The position numbers and the translations under genes were made by a program. A DNA stretch of 64,000 bases from an uncultured Campylobacterales bacterium (GTDB lineage: Bacteria > Campylobacterota > Campylobacteria > Campylobacterales > Sulfurovaceae): positions 2,458 through 66,457 of the forward strand of contig CAZFNK010000008.1 in NCBI GenBank assembly GCA_964520575.1, written 5' to 3'. The notes beneath the pieces are model-generated. The model did not search any database, was not told the DNA's origin, and was given only the letters and a program-made list of their open reading frames with translations. This document shows positions 10,826 to 20,342 of the stretch, piece by piece (position 1 is the stretch's first letter; each line of letters starts with the position of its first letter).

Positions 10826-11271
10826 GATACAAAAAGATCGATCCCAAGGTATATCTGACTTCTACCGACACCGTAGTTGGCTTTATATCCCAAAATAGAG
10901 TCAAACTTGACAAGATCAAGGGACGCGGCGCGACAAAACAATATATCACCGCTCTTCCGTCGCTCCGTACTCTCAAAGATCATACACGCATACCTGCAAA
11001 ACACCTAAATCTGGTGCGTCGCTCAAAGCGTACAACATTTATTTTTCCAAATGGCAGATCATTCCGCGTGATCAAAGACAACCCTCATCACGAGCTTATC
11101 CAAAAACTCGGCTGGGCATATACTACTTCGGCCAACCGCAGCGGCAAGCAGTATGATGAGAAGTGGGCACGAACGGTAGCTGATGAGACTATTTTGCCTC
11201 TTAAATCACTCCAAAACAGACCATCAGTGATATATTTGCTTGGGAAAAATACTATAAAAAAGATTAGATAG
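10822..11271 (+). CDS. Sua5/YciO/YrdC-domain protein (short TsaC-like)
   Basis: [11 protein letters not shown] and TTSANRSGK motifs of the YrdC fold. ATGA overlap with the carB stop. Confidence 0.55.
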   Translation: MRYKKIDPKVYLTSTDTVVGFISQNRVKLDKIKGRGATKQYITALPSLRTLKDHTRIPAKHLNLVRRSKRTTFIFPNGRSFRVIKDNPHHELIQKLGWAYTTSANRSGKQYDEKWARTVADETILPLKSLQNRPSVIYLLGKNTIKKIR

Positions 11272-11280
11272 GGGGCGTTC

Positions 11281-11301
11281 TGGCGCCGGCAGGCAGCGCC
11301 A
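11281..11301. terminator. GC-rich hairpin between convergent genes (bidirectional terminator candidate)
   Basis: TGGCGC-cggcaggca-GCGCCA, followed on the + strand by a T-rich run (aataagttatttatttttt). It sits between the stops at 11271 (+) and 11312 (-). Confidence 0.5.
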
Positions 11302-11311
11302 AATAAGTTAT

Positions 11312-11905
11312 TTATTTTTTCTTTGCCTTGGATTTGGCTTTTGAAGCTTTTTTCTTGGCCTTGGAAGCCTTCTTTTTTGCAGTATCGGTTTTGGCTTTTG
11401 CTTTTTTCTTAGCTTTGGAAGCTTTCTTTTTGGCGGTATTAGTTTTATCTTTTGCTTTTTTCTTGGCTTTGGCCTTTTTAAGATCCTCTTTTGCTTTGGT
11501 GAGTTTCTTTTTCTTTTTGTTTACCTTCTTTTTGGCCTTTTCTGCTTTTGCTTTGGCTGCTTTAGTGGGCTCTTTTTTGGCTTTTTCGGTAGCTTTTTTG
11601 GCCTTTTTCTTAGCCTTTTTGAGATCCATTTTTTTGCTTTTTACCATTCGTTTCTTTTGTTTTACTTCGCCGACTTTTACATCTTTGTAAACATTATCAG
11701 CGATCTCCTCGCCTATACCTTCTACCTCCATTAGATCCTGTCTGTTACGGATCTTGTGAGTACGGCGGTATTTCATGATGGCGGCAGCTTTTACAGGTCC
11801 GATACCCTTGATGCTCATTAGCTCCTCTTTTGTTGCGGTCTGCGGGTTGAGCGCATATAGAGTACCGACAGCAAATGCGATCATTACAAGCAGTAGTTTT
11901 TTCAT
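11312..11905 (-). CDS. comEA: ComEA-family helix-hairpin-helix DNA-binding protein with Lys/Ala-rich repeat tail
   Basis: Signal peptide MKKLLLVMIAFAVGTLYA. Two HhH motifs (IKGIGPVKAAAI, VEGIGEEIADNV). The C-terminal ~130 aa are almost only K/A/T/S. Confidence 0.75.
   Translation of the reverse strand: MKKLLLVMIAFAVGTLYALNPQTATKEELMSIKGIGPVKAAAIMKYRRTHKIRNRQDLMEVEGIGEEIADNVYKDVKVGEVKQKKRMVKSKKMDLKKAKKKAKKATEKAKKEPTKAAKAKAEKAKKKVNKKKKKLTKAKEDLKKAKAKKKAKDKTNTAKKKASKAKKKAKAKTDTAKKKASKAKKKASKAKSKAKKK
11355..11462 (-). repeat. 2 x 54-bp imperfect tandem repeat inside the comEA tail
   Basis: Unit 11355-11408 versus 11409-11462. They encode KKAK(D/A)KT(N/D)TAKKKASKAK twice. Confidence 0.8.
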
Positions 11906-12033
11906 TGTAGAGTCCTTTTGAAGAATTTCACATTATTAACATAATGTTGCGTTATTATAATCAGAAATTGTGGAGAAATAGTTAAAATATGCGAATTTTA
12001 AATAGAGAGCAAAAGAGATGCTCCCTATTTCTG

Positions 12034-13980
12034 CTACTGTGCATCCTCTGCTATCTTCTGAATAGCTTTGACAACATCCGGATTTTCGAGAGTTGAAATA
12101 TCCTGTGTTATCTCCTCACCTTTGGCTATAGCTCTAAGTATCCGTCTCATGATCTTGCCCGATCTTGTCTTTGGGAGTCCGGGAACTTCAATGATATGAT
12201 CGGCTTTGGCTATATTGCCTATCTCTTCTGCAAGAAGAGCATTGATGTGTGTTTTGATATCATCGTTGATATGCCCAGCTTTGAGCACTATATAGATAAA
12301 GATAGACTCGCCTTTGATATCGTGCGGTCTTCCCACCACGGCTACTTCGGCGACGCTATCATCTTTCTTGACCGCGGCCTCTATCTCTGCTGTTCCCATT
12401 CGGTGACCGGATACATTGATCACGTCATCCACGCGACCTGTGATTGTGATATACCCATCCTCATCGACCACGGCTCCGTCACCTGAGAAATATACCGGTT
12501 TGCCGTCTTTGACCGCATCGCCGAAATATGCCTTTTTGTATCTTTCGGGATCACCCCAGATGGTTCGGATCATGCTTGGCCATGGTTTTGTGATACACAG
12601 TAACCCCGTCTCGCCAATTTCCTTGGGCGTACCATCCGGGTCGATCACTTCTGCCATAATGCCCGGCAGCGGGAATGTAGCGCATGCCGGCTTGATAGGT
12701 GTAGCCCCCGGAAGCGGTGATATCATATGCCCTCCTGTCTCGGTCTGCCACCAGGTATCAACTATGGAGCACCTGCTGCCTCCAACTTCATGATAATACC
12801 ACTCCCAGGCAGGGGGATCTATAGGCTCTCCTACGGTTCCAAGCACACGTAGGGTGCTAAGATCATATTTGGAAGGCTCATCAGCTCCCATTTTGTGAAG
12901 CACTCTGATCGCTGTTGGGGCTGTGTAGAACTGTGTGATCTTGTGCTCTTCTACCATTTTCCATGCTCTGCCGGCATCAGGATAAGTGGGAACCCCTTCA
13001 AACATCACAGTCGTTGTGCCAGCTGCCAAAGGTCCGTATATGATATAAGTGTGTCCCGTGATCCATCCGATATCAGCAGTACACCAATACACATCTCCAT
13101 CTTTGATATCAAATGTCCACTCCATGGTCATCTGAGCCCAGAGTATATAACCTGCTGTAGAGTGCTGTACGCCTTTTGGCTTGCCGGTACTTCCGCTTGT
13201 GTAGAGAAGGAAGAGCGGATCCTCGCTGTCCATTGGTTCAAATGGGCAAACATCAGATTCTGCATTGATCATCTCATTATAGTTATGATCGCGCCCCTCT
13301 ACCCACTCTATATCTTCATTGTTGCGTTTGACCACCAGTACTGCTTCTACACTCTCGCCCCCTTGCTCCAAGGCGGCATCTACCACATTTTTGAGCATAT
13401 ACGGTTTTCCCTTGCGGTATGCTCCGTCGGCCGTGATGACAAGTTTAGCTCCGGCATCCTCTATCCTGTCTTTGAGGGCTTCGGCAGAGAAACCGCCAAA
13501 TACTATGGAGTGTATGGCGCCTATACGGGCGCATGCCAGCATCGCATAAGCAGCTTCCGGGATCATGGGCATATAGAGCACTACCCGATCACCCTTTTTG
13601 ATACCGAATTTATTTTTAAGAAGATTGGCAAACCTGTTGACTCTTTGGCTTAGTTGATTGTATGTGATATGTTCGACATCTCCTCTATCTCCCTCAAAAA
13701 GGATCGCCGTCTGATCGCCTTTTTTATCTAAATGCCTGTCTATGCACTGATTGGATACATTGACTTTACCGCCGGTAAACCATTTGTAAAACGGCGCATC
13801 ACTCTCATCAAGTACCTTCTCGTAGGGAGAGAGCCACTCTATTTTCTCATCTGCATATCCTTTCCAAAAGCCTTCATAGTCTTCTTTGGCATGATTTTGG
13901 AGCTCCCAGTACTGGTCCATACTGCTTATAGCAGCATCGGCAAAAAGTTCCTTGTTGGGATAATAAAGTTTTTTTTCCAT
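12034..13980 (-). CDS. acs: acetyl-CoA synthetase
   Basis: AMP-binding signature [11 protein letters not shown] and overall Acs layout. ATG 13980 has an AAAGGAGAAAAG RBS; the track start at 14028 adds 16 improbable residues. Confidence 0.96.
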   Translation of the reverse strand: MEKKLYYPNKELFADAAISSMDQYWELQNHAKEDYEGFWKGYADEKIEWLSPYEKVLDESDAPFYKWFTGGKVNVSNQCIDRHLDKKGDQTAILFEGDRGDVEHITYNQLSQRVNRFANLLKNKFGIKKGDRVVLYMPMIPEAAYAMLACARIGAIHSIVFGGFSAEALKDRIEDAGAKLVITADGAYRKGKPYMLKNVVDAALEQGGESVEAVLVVKRNNEDIEWVEGRDHNYNEMINAESDVCPFEPMDSEDPLFLLYTSGSTGKPKGVQHSTAGYILWAQMTMEWTFDIKDGDVYWCTADIGWITGHTYIIYGPLAAGTTTVMFEGVPTYPDAGRAWKMVEEHKITQFYTAPTAIRVLHKMGADEPSKYDLSTLRVLGTVGEPIDPPAWEWYYHEVGGSRCSIVDTWWQTETGGHMISPLPGATPIKPACATFPLPGIMAEVIDPDGTPKEIGETGLLCITKPWPSMIRTIWGDPERYKKAYFGDAVKDGKPVYFSGDGAVVDEDGYITITGRVDDVINVSGHRMGTAEIEAAVKKDDSVAEVAVVGRPHDIKGESIFIYIVLKAGHINDDIKTHINALLAEEIGNIAKADHIIEVPGLPKTRSGKIMRRILRAIAKGEEITQDISTLENPDVVKAIQKIAEDAQ

Positions 13981-14058
13981 CTTTTCTCCTTTTGATTTGG
14001 TTGATCGATAAGATACAGCAAGGCACAACCGCAGCCTGCCTTGATCTACCTTAATGAT

Positions 14059-14685
14059 CTATCCGTATGCTCCCCTGTATTCGGGCATACTTTTGAGCTT
14101 GAGATACATAATTGCCGACATAAGTGTATCATTCATCGCATCATGTTTGCCAAGTCTTGGCAGAGCAAGCTCATCCATAATTGTATCAAATTTTAGATCT
14201 ACAAACTCATATGCCGAGCTTTTGCGGTATCTTTTGTAATACATAGAAGAGAGTTCTATGAGTTTGTTTGGCAGCTCAATACCGATGAGCTCTTTGACAT
14301 ATCTACTTATGATCTTGTGGTCAAAACCTATATAGTATCCCGCGATCGGCCTGTTGCGAATAAAGTCGAGTAATGAGAGTATGACCTCTGATGGGTTTTC
14401 GCCATTTTTCAGATCGCAGACTCTGATATGATGTATCTTGATACTCTCATGACTTATATCTCCGTCGGGAAGAAGATATTTTTCAAATGCTTCATTCATT
14501 AGTATTTTGTTATCCTTGACTATAACCGCAGCTATAGAGAGTATAGAGTCTTTTTTGGGATTTAGTCCTGTAGTCTCGGTATCAAGTACCACAAGTTCAT
14601 CACCTTCATATGGCTCGAGCAGATAACTGTATCTATCATCTTTTAGGCTACCACCGAAGAATATTTGACGCAGCCTGCCGATCAT
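14059..14685 (-). CDS. DEDDh 3'-5' exonuclease (DNA pol III epsilon-like)
   Basis: VVLDTETTGL, GYYIGFD and HDAMNDT motifs. ATGA overlap with the upstream DUF294 gene (14682-14685). Confidence 0.85.
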   Translation of the reverse strand: MIGRLRQIFFGGSLKDDRYSYLLEPYEGDELVVLDTETTGLNPKKDSILSIAAVIVKDNKILMNEAFEKYLLPDGDISHESIKIHHIRVCDLKNGENPSEVILSLLDFIRNRPIAGYYIGFDHKIISRYVKELIGIELPNKLIELSSMYYKRYRKSSAYEFVDLKFDTIMDELALPRLGKHDAMNDTLMSAIMYLKLKSMPEYRGAYG

Positions 14686-16502
14686 CCCAGATTCTCCAGA
14701 CCAAAATGTCTAACTATAAATTTTTTGAAGCCTTCCACTATCTGCAGGCTGTCTTTGAGCAGATCCCTCTGTATCTTACTGAGATCATCTGTGGTGACCA
14801 TATTGTCGGGCTCAATGCCGTTTGCAATGCTCCCAAGTTGCTCTCCAAGTCTCAGGTAGAAAAGAATCTCGAAGGCTTCTGCAAGCTCTCTAGCCATCTT
14901 TTCCTCCAGTACCCCTTCCATACTAAGTCTTTTGATCCTCTCAATAGTAGAGAGTTCTCTGATGCCGTATCTTAACGACAATGATCTAATACCTTGAACT
15001 ATTGGAAAAATGCCGGCTTTTTTGAGATCTATTTTGCGGTCTCGGTGCAAAAATGTACTGAAAAAACCTACAGGCGTCTCAAAAAGAGTAGTAAGTCTGG
15101 CAAAGTATGCCATATAGACATCATCGCCTTTGTCAAACAAAGAGAAAAGATGATCTTTCACATTCTCCAGCAGGCGCTCATCGCCTGCGACACATTGTGC
15201 ATCGAAAAATATGGAGAACTCCATGAAGCTCTCATCATCTGGACTTAGTATCCACTCCTCTATACTCTTTTTGTATTCACTCTCGCTCTTGGCCCAGTAT
15301 GGATTAGAGACCATAATATTGCCGGGACATTTGGGATAGCCAAACTCTACAAGCGCATCACTGATCATGTGCATATAAGGTCTATATAACTCTGCATCCA
15401 CACCGTCTCTGATGATCAATCCGTTGTCCTGATCTGTTCTTATGATCTGCTCCCCTCTACCTTCACTGCCCATCACTATCAGGGCGCAGTCATTTCTCAA
15501 GTCCTCTGGAAGTGTCATCTCAAAGAGTCTATGGAAGATCTTTCGATTGATCTCAGATACCATTTTGGCTATATATCTTGCTTTAAGTCCCTGGGCATAG
15601 AGCTTGCGGACAATATTCAGATATCCCAGGCTTGCATCTTTGAGCGATTCTATATCTTTGGCTTTTTCGATCTTAACAGTTACAAGACGTGAGTGGTTGG
15701 CAAAATAGCTAAGTATGTCGATCTGCTCAAGCATACCCACAAGCTCTTTGCCTTCCATTACTGCTATACGCTTGATGTTTTTGTGTATCAGTTGAAGATA
15801 CACGTTAAACAAAAAATCATCCTTTTGGACACTGATCAGCGGAAAATGAGCCAGTGCCGAGGCGGGTCCTTGAAGGTCTATATCGCCTGATGCAAGCTGA
15901 TTTTTGATATCGCTGTCTGTTACGATACCATACTCATCACCCCGTTTGATGACAATGGATGAGCTTTTCATGCCAACAGATTTTTGCAGTGCGGCCAGCA
16001 ATGAAGTATTTTCATCAACTACACAGGGTTCGTGAAGATAGCTTTCGCTTACCTTTGCCACCATAAAACTGCTCAGATCAGATGGGGTTTCTTGCTTTTT
16101 GAGGTACTCTATCCTCTCCACCATATCCATCAGATAAAACTGCTTGAATGCCTCATTGCTCTCATAGAGTTTGTTAAAACCAGCCGCGTCCAACTCATAA
16201 CATATCAGATCCTCACTGACACTATATTTGGTCTGTGATGCGCCTGATATCAATGCATCGGCATCAAAGGTCTCCTTGGCATGATATACGCGCAAGAGTT
16301 CACCTTCTGATGTATGGGCCTTTACTTCGCCCTTGATGATCATATATATGCGATCAGGCAGATGACCAATGTCGATCAGTACTGTCTTGGCAGGATAGAA
16401 TCCTATCGTGATATGTTTGATCGCCTTATCAAGCTCGTTATCATCAAGCTCGCAGAATGGACATATATCGCGCAAGAATTCTTTCTGATCACCAAAACTC
16501 AA
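14682..16502 (-). CDS. cyclic-nucleotide-binding + CBS pair + DUF294 putative nucleotidyltransferase protein
   Basis: 606 aa. An N-terminal cNMP-binding-like beta-barrel, a tandem CBS region, then the GS..R.E...SDQDN nucleotidyltransferase motif (MGSEGRGEQIIRTDQDNGLI) and a DUF294_C-like helical end. Confidence 0.8.
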   Translation of the reverse strand: MSFGDQKEFLRDICPFCELDDNELDKAIKHITIGFYPAKTVLIDIGHLPDRIYMIIKGEVKAHTSEGELLRVYHAKETFDADALISGASQTKYSVSEDLICYELDAAGFNKLYESNEAFKQFYLMDMVERIEYLKKQETPSDLSSFMVAKVSESYLHEPCVVDENTSLLAALQKSVGMKSSSIVIKRGDEYGIVTDSDIKNQLASGDIDLQGPASALAHFPLISVQKDDFLFNVYLQLIHKNIKRIAVMEGKELVGMLEQIDILSYFANHSRLVTVKIEKAKDIESLKDASLGYLNIVRKLYAQGLKARYIAKMVSEINRKIFHRLFEMTLPEDLRNDCALIVMGSEGRGEQIIRTDQDNGLIIRDGVDAELYRPYMHMISDALVEFGYPKCPGNIMVSNPYWAKSESEYKKSIEEWILSPDDESFMEFSIFFDAQCVAGDERLLENVKDHLFSLFDKGDDVYMAYFARLTTLFETPVGFFSTFLHRDRKIDLKKAGIFPIVQGIRSLSLRYGIRELSTIERIKRLSMEGVLEEKMARELAEAFEILFYLRLGEQLGSIANGIEPDNMVTTDDLSKIQRDLLKDSLQIVEGFKKFIVRHFGLENLG

Positions 16503-16595
16503 CGATCAACTCCTTATTTGTCTTGCAGCTACTCTCCTTAGAGAATACCTGCAAAACGATCCGGCAGAGTCCAAAGAAGGACTCTGCAATCAGGA

Positions 16596-18470
16596 TCAGT
16601 GGGCATGAGCCTCACCTGCGCCTCTTGGTACACGGATGCTTTCTACCATCTCCTGTATATGATGAGGAGGCGGCTCGGTAATACGCGAGACGATAAGTGC
16701 AACTATGAAGTGAAGCACCATACCTATCGTACCTATACCCGTAGGGGCTATCCCAAAGAGATAATTGGACTTGTCTCCGCCCATAAAGACGAAATAAACT
16801 ATATAGCCAAATGTGAATACAAGACCTGTCAATATACCCGCTACGGCTCCGGCTTTGTTCATCCTCTTGTCAAAGATACCCAATATAATAGCAGGGAAGA
16901 ACGATGCAGCGGCCAAGCCAAACGCAAATGCCACAACCTGTGCGACAAATCCCGGAGGATTGATACCGAGGTATCCCGCTACCACTATAGCTGCTATAGC
17001 CGAAAGTCTTGCGGCAAGAAGTTCTGACTTCTCGCTTAGTTTAGACTTGCCGGTACCCGGATCTCTGAACATCACCTGACCAAGGAGATCATGAGATATA
17101 GATGAAGATATCACCAGGAGTAGTCCCGCAGCTGTTGAAAGAGCAGCAGCCAGACCACCCGCAGCTATCAGGGCTATGACCCAGTTTGGAAGGTTTGCTA
17201 TCTCAGGGTTTGCCAGCACGATGATATCGCGATCTATATAGACCTCGTTGTCAAAGGGCTTTGCGCCTTTGGCAGGCAACGCATTGCTTGTCAGCAGGTG
17301 ACCGTCAGGTGCCTTCTTGCCGCTGTAGTGAGGTTTGCCCTTTGGGTCATCAAATGCCTTCCCCGCTGCATACTGTATCTTGCCGTCACCATTGCGATCA
17401 TTCCAGGCAAGCAAATGCCCTTCTTCCCATGTTTTGAACCAAGATCCATGATTTTCTCTGCCGTCAGCCTGCTTGACCCCTTGGGTCGTCCATGTTTTGT
17501 AGTCTACATTTTGTACCCGATCGATAATATTTACTCGAGAAAAGGCTGCCACGGAAGCTACTGTAGTGTACAGTATAGCGATAAAAAGAAGCGCCCATCC
17601 GGCACTTGCTCTGGCATCCTTGACCTTAGGAACGGTAAAGAAACGGACAATTACATGCGGCAGACCGGCAGTACCCACCATCAGGGCGACCGTGAGCATA
17701 AACATATTCCACAGATTGCCCGGCTGGGTATAGGCTTTGAAGCCCAGATCGGTCAGCGAGGTATCAAGCGCATGCATCAGGAAGGTTCCTGCCGGTATCT
17801 CCTTGACTCCGTCATTGAACGCAAATGTAGTCTTGGCAAAGATTCCAAGCTGAGGGAAGAAGTTGTCTGTTACCATGATAGAAAGAAAGATAGCAGGTAT
17901 CAGATATGCGATGATCATCACGGTATATTGTGCCACCTGGGTGTATGTGATACCTTTCATACCGCCTAGAACCGCATAGATAAACACTATCACCATACCT
18001 ATGATCACTCCTGTATTGACATCAACTTGCAGGAATCGACTAAAAACGATCCCCACGCCCCTCATCTGACCTGCAATATAAGTGAACGAAACAAAAATGG
18101 TAGCTATTACTGCCACAGTTCGCGCAAGATTGGAGTAATACCTGTCTCCGATAAAGTCAGGCACTGTGAATTTCCCAAATTTTCTCAGATAAGGTGCCAG
18201 CAGAAGTGCAAGCAGCACATAACCGCCTGTCCAACCCATCAGATAGGCCCCACCATCGCTTCCTTTGTATGATATGAGGCCTGCTAAAGATATGAAAGAA
18301 GCCGCGCTCATCCAGTCAGCAGCCGTAGCCATACCGTTAGCCACCGGATGCACACCCCCGCCTGCTACATAGAAATCTTTGGTGCTGGCAGCCTTGGCCC
18401 AGATCGCGATGCCGATATAAAGGGCAAACGAAAGTCCCACAAATAGATATATCAATGTCTGCAAATCCAT
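16596..18470 (-). CDS. sodium:solute symporter family permease, DUF4212-associated large subunit (ActP-like acetate permease candidate)
   Basis: 624 aa polytopic SSF protein. It directly follows a DUF4212 small subunit and lies in an operon with acs. Confidence 0.85.
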   Translation of the reverse strand: MDLQTLIYLFVGLSFALYIGIAIWAKAASTKDFYVAGGGVHPVANGMATAADWMSAASFISLAGLISYKGSDGGAYLMGWTGGYVLLALLLAPYLRKFGKFTVPDFIGDRYYSNLARTVAVIATIFVSFTYIAGQMRGVGIVFSRFLQVDVNTGVIIGMVIVFIYAVLGGMKGITYTQVAQYTVMIIAYLIPAIFLSIMVTDNFFPQLGIFAKTTFAFNDGVKEIPAGTFLMHALDTSLTDLGFKAYTQPGNLWNMFMLTVALMVGTAGLPHVIVRFFTVPKVKDARASAGWALLFIAILYTTVASVAAFSRVNIIDRVQNVDYKTWTTQGVKQADGRENHGSWFKTWEEGHLLAWNDRNGDGKIQYAAGKAFDDPKGKPHYSGKKAPDGHLLTSNALPAKGAKPFDNEVYIDRDIIVLANPEIANLPNWVIALIAAGGLAAALSTAAGLLLVISSSISHDLLGQVMFRDPGTGKSKLSEKSELLAARLSAIAAIVVAGYLGINPPGFVAQVVAFAFGLAAASFFPAIILGIFDKRMNKAGAVAGILTGLVFTFGYIVYFVFMGGDKSNYLFGIAPTGIGTIGMVLHFIVALIVSRITEPPPHHIQEMVESIRVPRGAGEAHAH

Positions 18471-18479
18471 ATCGTCCCC

Positions 18480-18734
18480 CTACTCGTGCACATCGTATTT
18501 TTCATCTATACGATTCATCATCTTGACATAGACAAATATCAAGATCACAAATACATATATAGACCCCTGCTGTGCAAACCAGAACCCCAGTTTCACTCCG
18601 CTTATCTCTATCTGATTGAGCTGATTGATAAAGATTATGCCCGCTCCGTACGATACCAAAAACCAAACTGCCAGCAGTTTGAGTATCGTGCCAATGTTTT
18701 CGCGCCAATAAGCCTGCGCTTTCTCTTCGGTCAT
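18480..18734 (-). CDS. DUF4212 small membrane subunit of solute:sodium symporter
   Basis: 84 aa with two TMs. The WRENIGTILKLLAVWFLVSYG...GFWFAQQGSIYVFVILIFVY pattern is typical of DUF4212. Confidence 0.75.
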   Translation of the reverse strand: MTEEKAQAYWRENIGTILKLLAVWFLVSYGAGIIFINQLNQIEISGVKLGFWFAQQGSIYVFVILIFVYVKMMNRIDEKYDVHE

Positions 18735-18862
18735 GTTTCCTCCTTTTTTTAAAGTACAATTATAATAATAATGAAAAAACGGAAGAATTAGCTTATTTTT
18801 ATAATATAAACGATAAATGGTTAGAAGAATTACACCAAAGTTACAAATACTACAATAATTGT

Positions 18863-18897
18863 GAAGATAGTTATAAGGATACGCTATATAACTATCT
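18863..18897 (-). terminator. perfect 13-bp inverted repeat overlapping the ribBA stop codon
   Basis: GAAGATAGTTATA-aggatacgc-TATAACTATCTTC. There is no clean U-tract, so terminator function is inferred only. Confidence 0.35.
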
Positions 18898-19915
18898 TCT
18901 CCACCACATCAAGCCCAAAGCCGGCCAGGCCTACAAATTCTGTATCTTTTGTAGAGGTAAGGAGATGAATTTTATGAATACCGAGATCTTTGAGGATTTG
19001 AGCGCCTATACCATACTCTCTGGCCTGCTCTTTTGAGATCATCTTGGAATCAAGAAACACCAGTACGCCCCCGTTTTGCTTGAGATAATCTATTGACCGG
19101 TTAAGCGCATTGAAGCGCTTATCATCAAGCACAAGATCGATATCGTAGCCTATATTGTGAAACTTGACATTTGCACTCTCATGCTCACCGTAAAACCTGA
19201 TAGCAGTATGGATGCGTTTGAGGTGGTCGGTATAGACTATCTTGTTTACCTTGATACCGCGCAACTCCATCACATCCTCCTCTACGCGCTCTATCAGTTT
19301 TTCATTGGCAAGGCGATAGGAGACGATATCGGATATATATACGATGGGTATATTGTGTTTTTGGGAGAAGCTGTTTAGATCATCTGCTCTGGCCATTGTA
19401 CCGTCATCCTTTATGATCTCGCATATCACAGCTACAGGCGAAAGTCCGGCAAGCTTACATAGATCTATCGATCCTTCTGTATGACCTGTGCGCACAAGTG
19501 TGCCGCCCTCTTTGGCAATGAGCGGAAAGATGTGTCCTGGGCGGACGAAATCATCAGCTTTGCTCAGGGGATTGGCAAGTTTGGATATACAGTCATCCCT
19601 CTCGACTGCAGATATGCCGGTGGCTGCATCGGCTGAATCTATCGAAACCGTAAATGCTGTCTCGTGCGCAGAATCATTGTTATCTACCATGGGTAACAGA
19701 TCAAGCTTGTGAGCCAGCTTGGCAGTTATAGGAGTACAGATCAGTCCTCTGGCCTCTTTGGCCATGAAATTGACCATATCAGGAGTACTGAAAGTAGCAG
19801 CATAAACCAGATCACCTTCATTTTCCCTATTCTCATCATCCATCATGATGACCATTCGGCCCAATTTGATCTCTTCTATTGCTCTTTCGACACGCAATAT
19901 AGCTTCGTCTGACAT
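18884..19915 (-). CDS. ribBA: bifunctional 3,4-dihydroxy-2-butanone-4-phosphate synthase / GTP cyclohydrolase II-like protein
   Basis: DHBP synthase motifs (ENEGDLV, RTGHTEGS) followed by a GCHII-like C-terminal half. I prefer ATG 19915 (MSDEAILRVE) over the track start at 19969. Confidence 0.88.
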   Translation of the reverse strand: MSDEAILRVERAIEEIKLGRMVIMMDDENRENEGDLVYAATFSTPDMVNFMAKEARGLICTPITAKLAHKLDLLPMVDNNDSAHETAFTVSIDSADAATGISAVERDDCISKLANPLSKADDFVRPGHIFPLIAKEGGTLVRTGHTEGSIDLCKLAGLSPVAVICEIIKDDGTMARADDLNSFSQKHNIPIVYISDIVSYRLANEKLIERVEEDVMELRGIKVNKIVYTDHLKRIHTAIRFYGEHESANVKFHNIGYDIDLVLDDKRFNALNRSIDYLKQNGGVLVFLDSKMISKEQAREYGIGAQILKDLGIHKIHLLTSTKDTEFVGLAGFGLDVVEKIVI

Positions 19916-20007
19916 ATTACTTTCTTGCCTTTGTATTTTTATTGGCATTATACTATAAAAATCTCTCATACTCTATTTTGAAATAAAAACAAATGCATAA
20001 AAAACTC

Positions 20008-20036
20008 TTGACAATATAAACTTTTTGAGCTATAAT
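20008..20036 (+). promoter_or_regulatory. consensus sigma-70 promoter for the tRNA pair
   Basis: TTGACA (20008-20013), a 17-nt spacer, then TATAAT (20031-20036), about 38 nt upstream of tRNA-Gln. Confidence 0.65.
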
Positions 20037-20073
20037 GCCGTCCACATTCCCAGAGGGTGTATTGATTCTTTGC

Positions 20074-20148
20074 TGGGGTATCGCCAAGCGGTAAGGCAAC
20101 TGGTTTTGGTCCAGTCATTCGGGGGTTCGAATCCCTCTACCCCATCCA
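20074..20148 (+). tRNA. tRNA-Gln (anticodon UUG)
   Basis: Hand-folded cloverleaf: acceptor TGGGGTA/TACCCCA, anticodon stem ACTGG/CCAGT, loop TTTTGGT, T-loop TTCGAAT, encoded CCA. Close to E. coli tRNA-Gln. Confidence 0.9.
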
Positions 20149-20205
20149 TTTGGATTCAGCTGTACTATATTTATTTCAGCTACAATCGACTTCTAAATAT
20201 ACGGA

Positions 20206-20282
<77 letters not shown>

Positions 20283-20342
20283 ATCTTGCGCTTCAAACAT
20301 TATATTTGTCTATATTTTATGCTTGGGTTGTTTAAGATTTTT

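Noticed and set aside
11328-11690. 120-aa Phe/Leu/Ala-rich plus-strand ORF
   Set aside because: It is the mirror image of the Lys/Ala-repeat tail of comEA (AAG/AAA codons read as CTT/TTT). It has no independent support.
12895-13653. 252-aa plus-strand ORF inside acs
   Set aside because: It is antisense to acs, Cys/His-rich and not protein-like. It is a shadow ORF.
17298-17969. 223-aa plus-strand ORF inside the symporter gene
   Set aside because: It is antisense to a clear polytopic SSF permease frame. It is a shadow ORF.
19916-20007. Looked for an FMN riboswitch (RFN element) in front of ribBA
   Set aside because: The 5' region of ribBA is short and AT-rich. I could not find the conserved RFN core helices, so no call was made.
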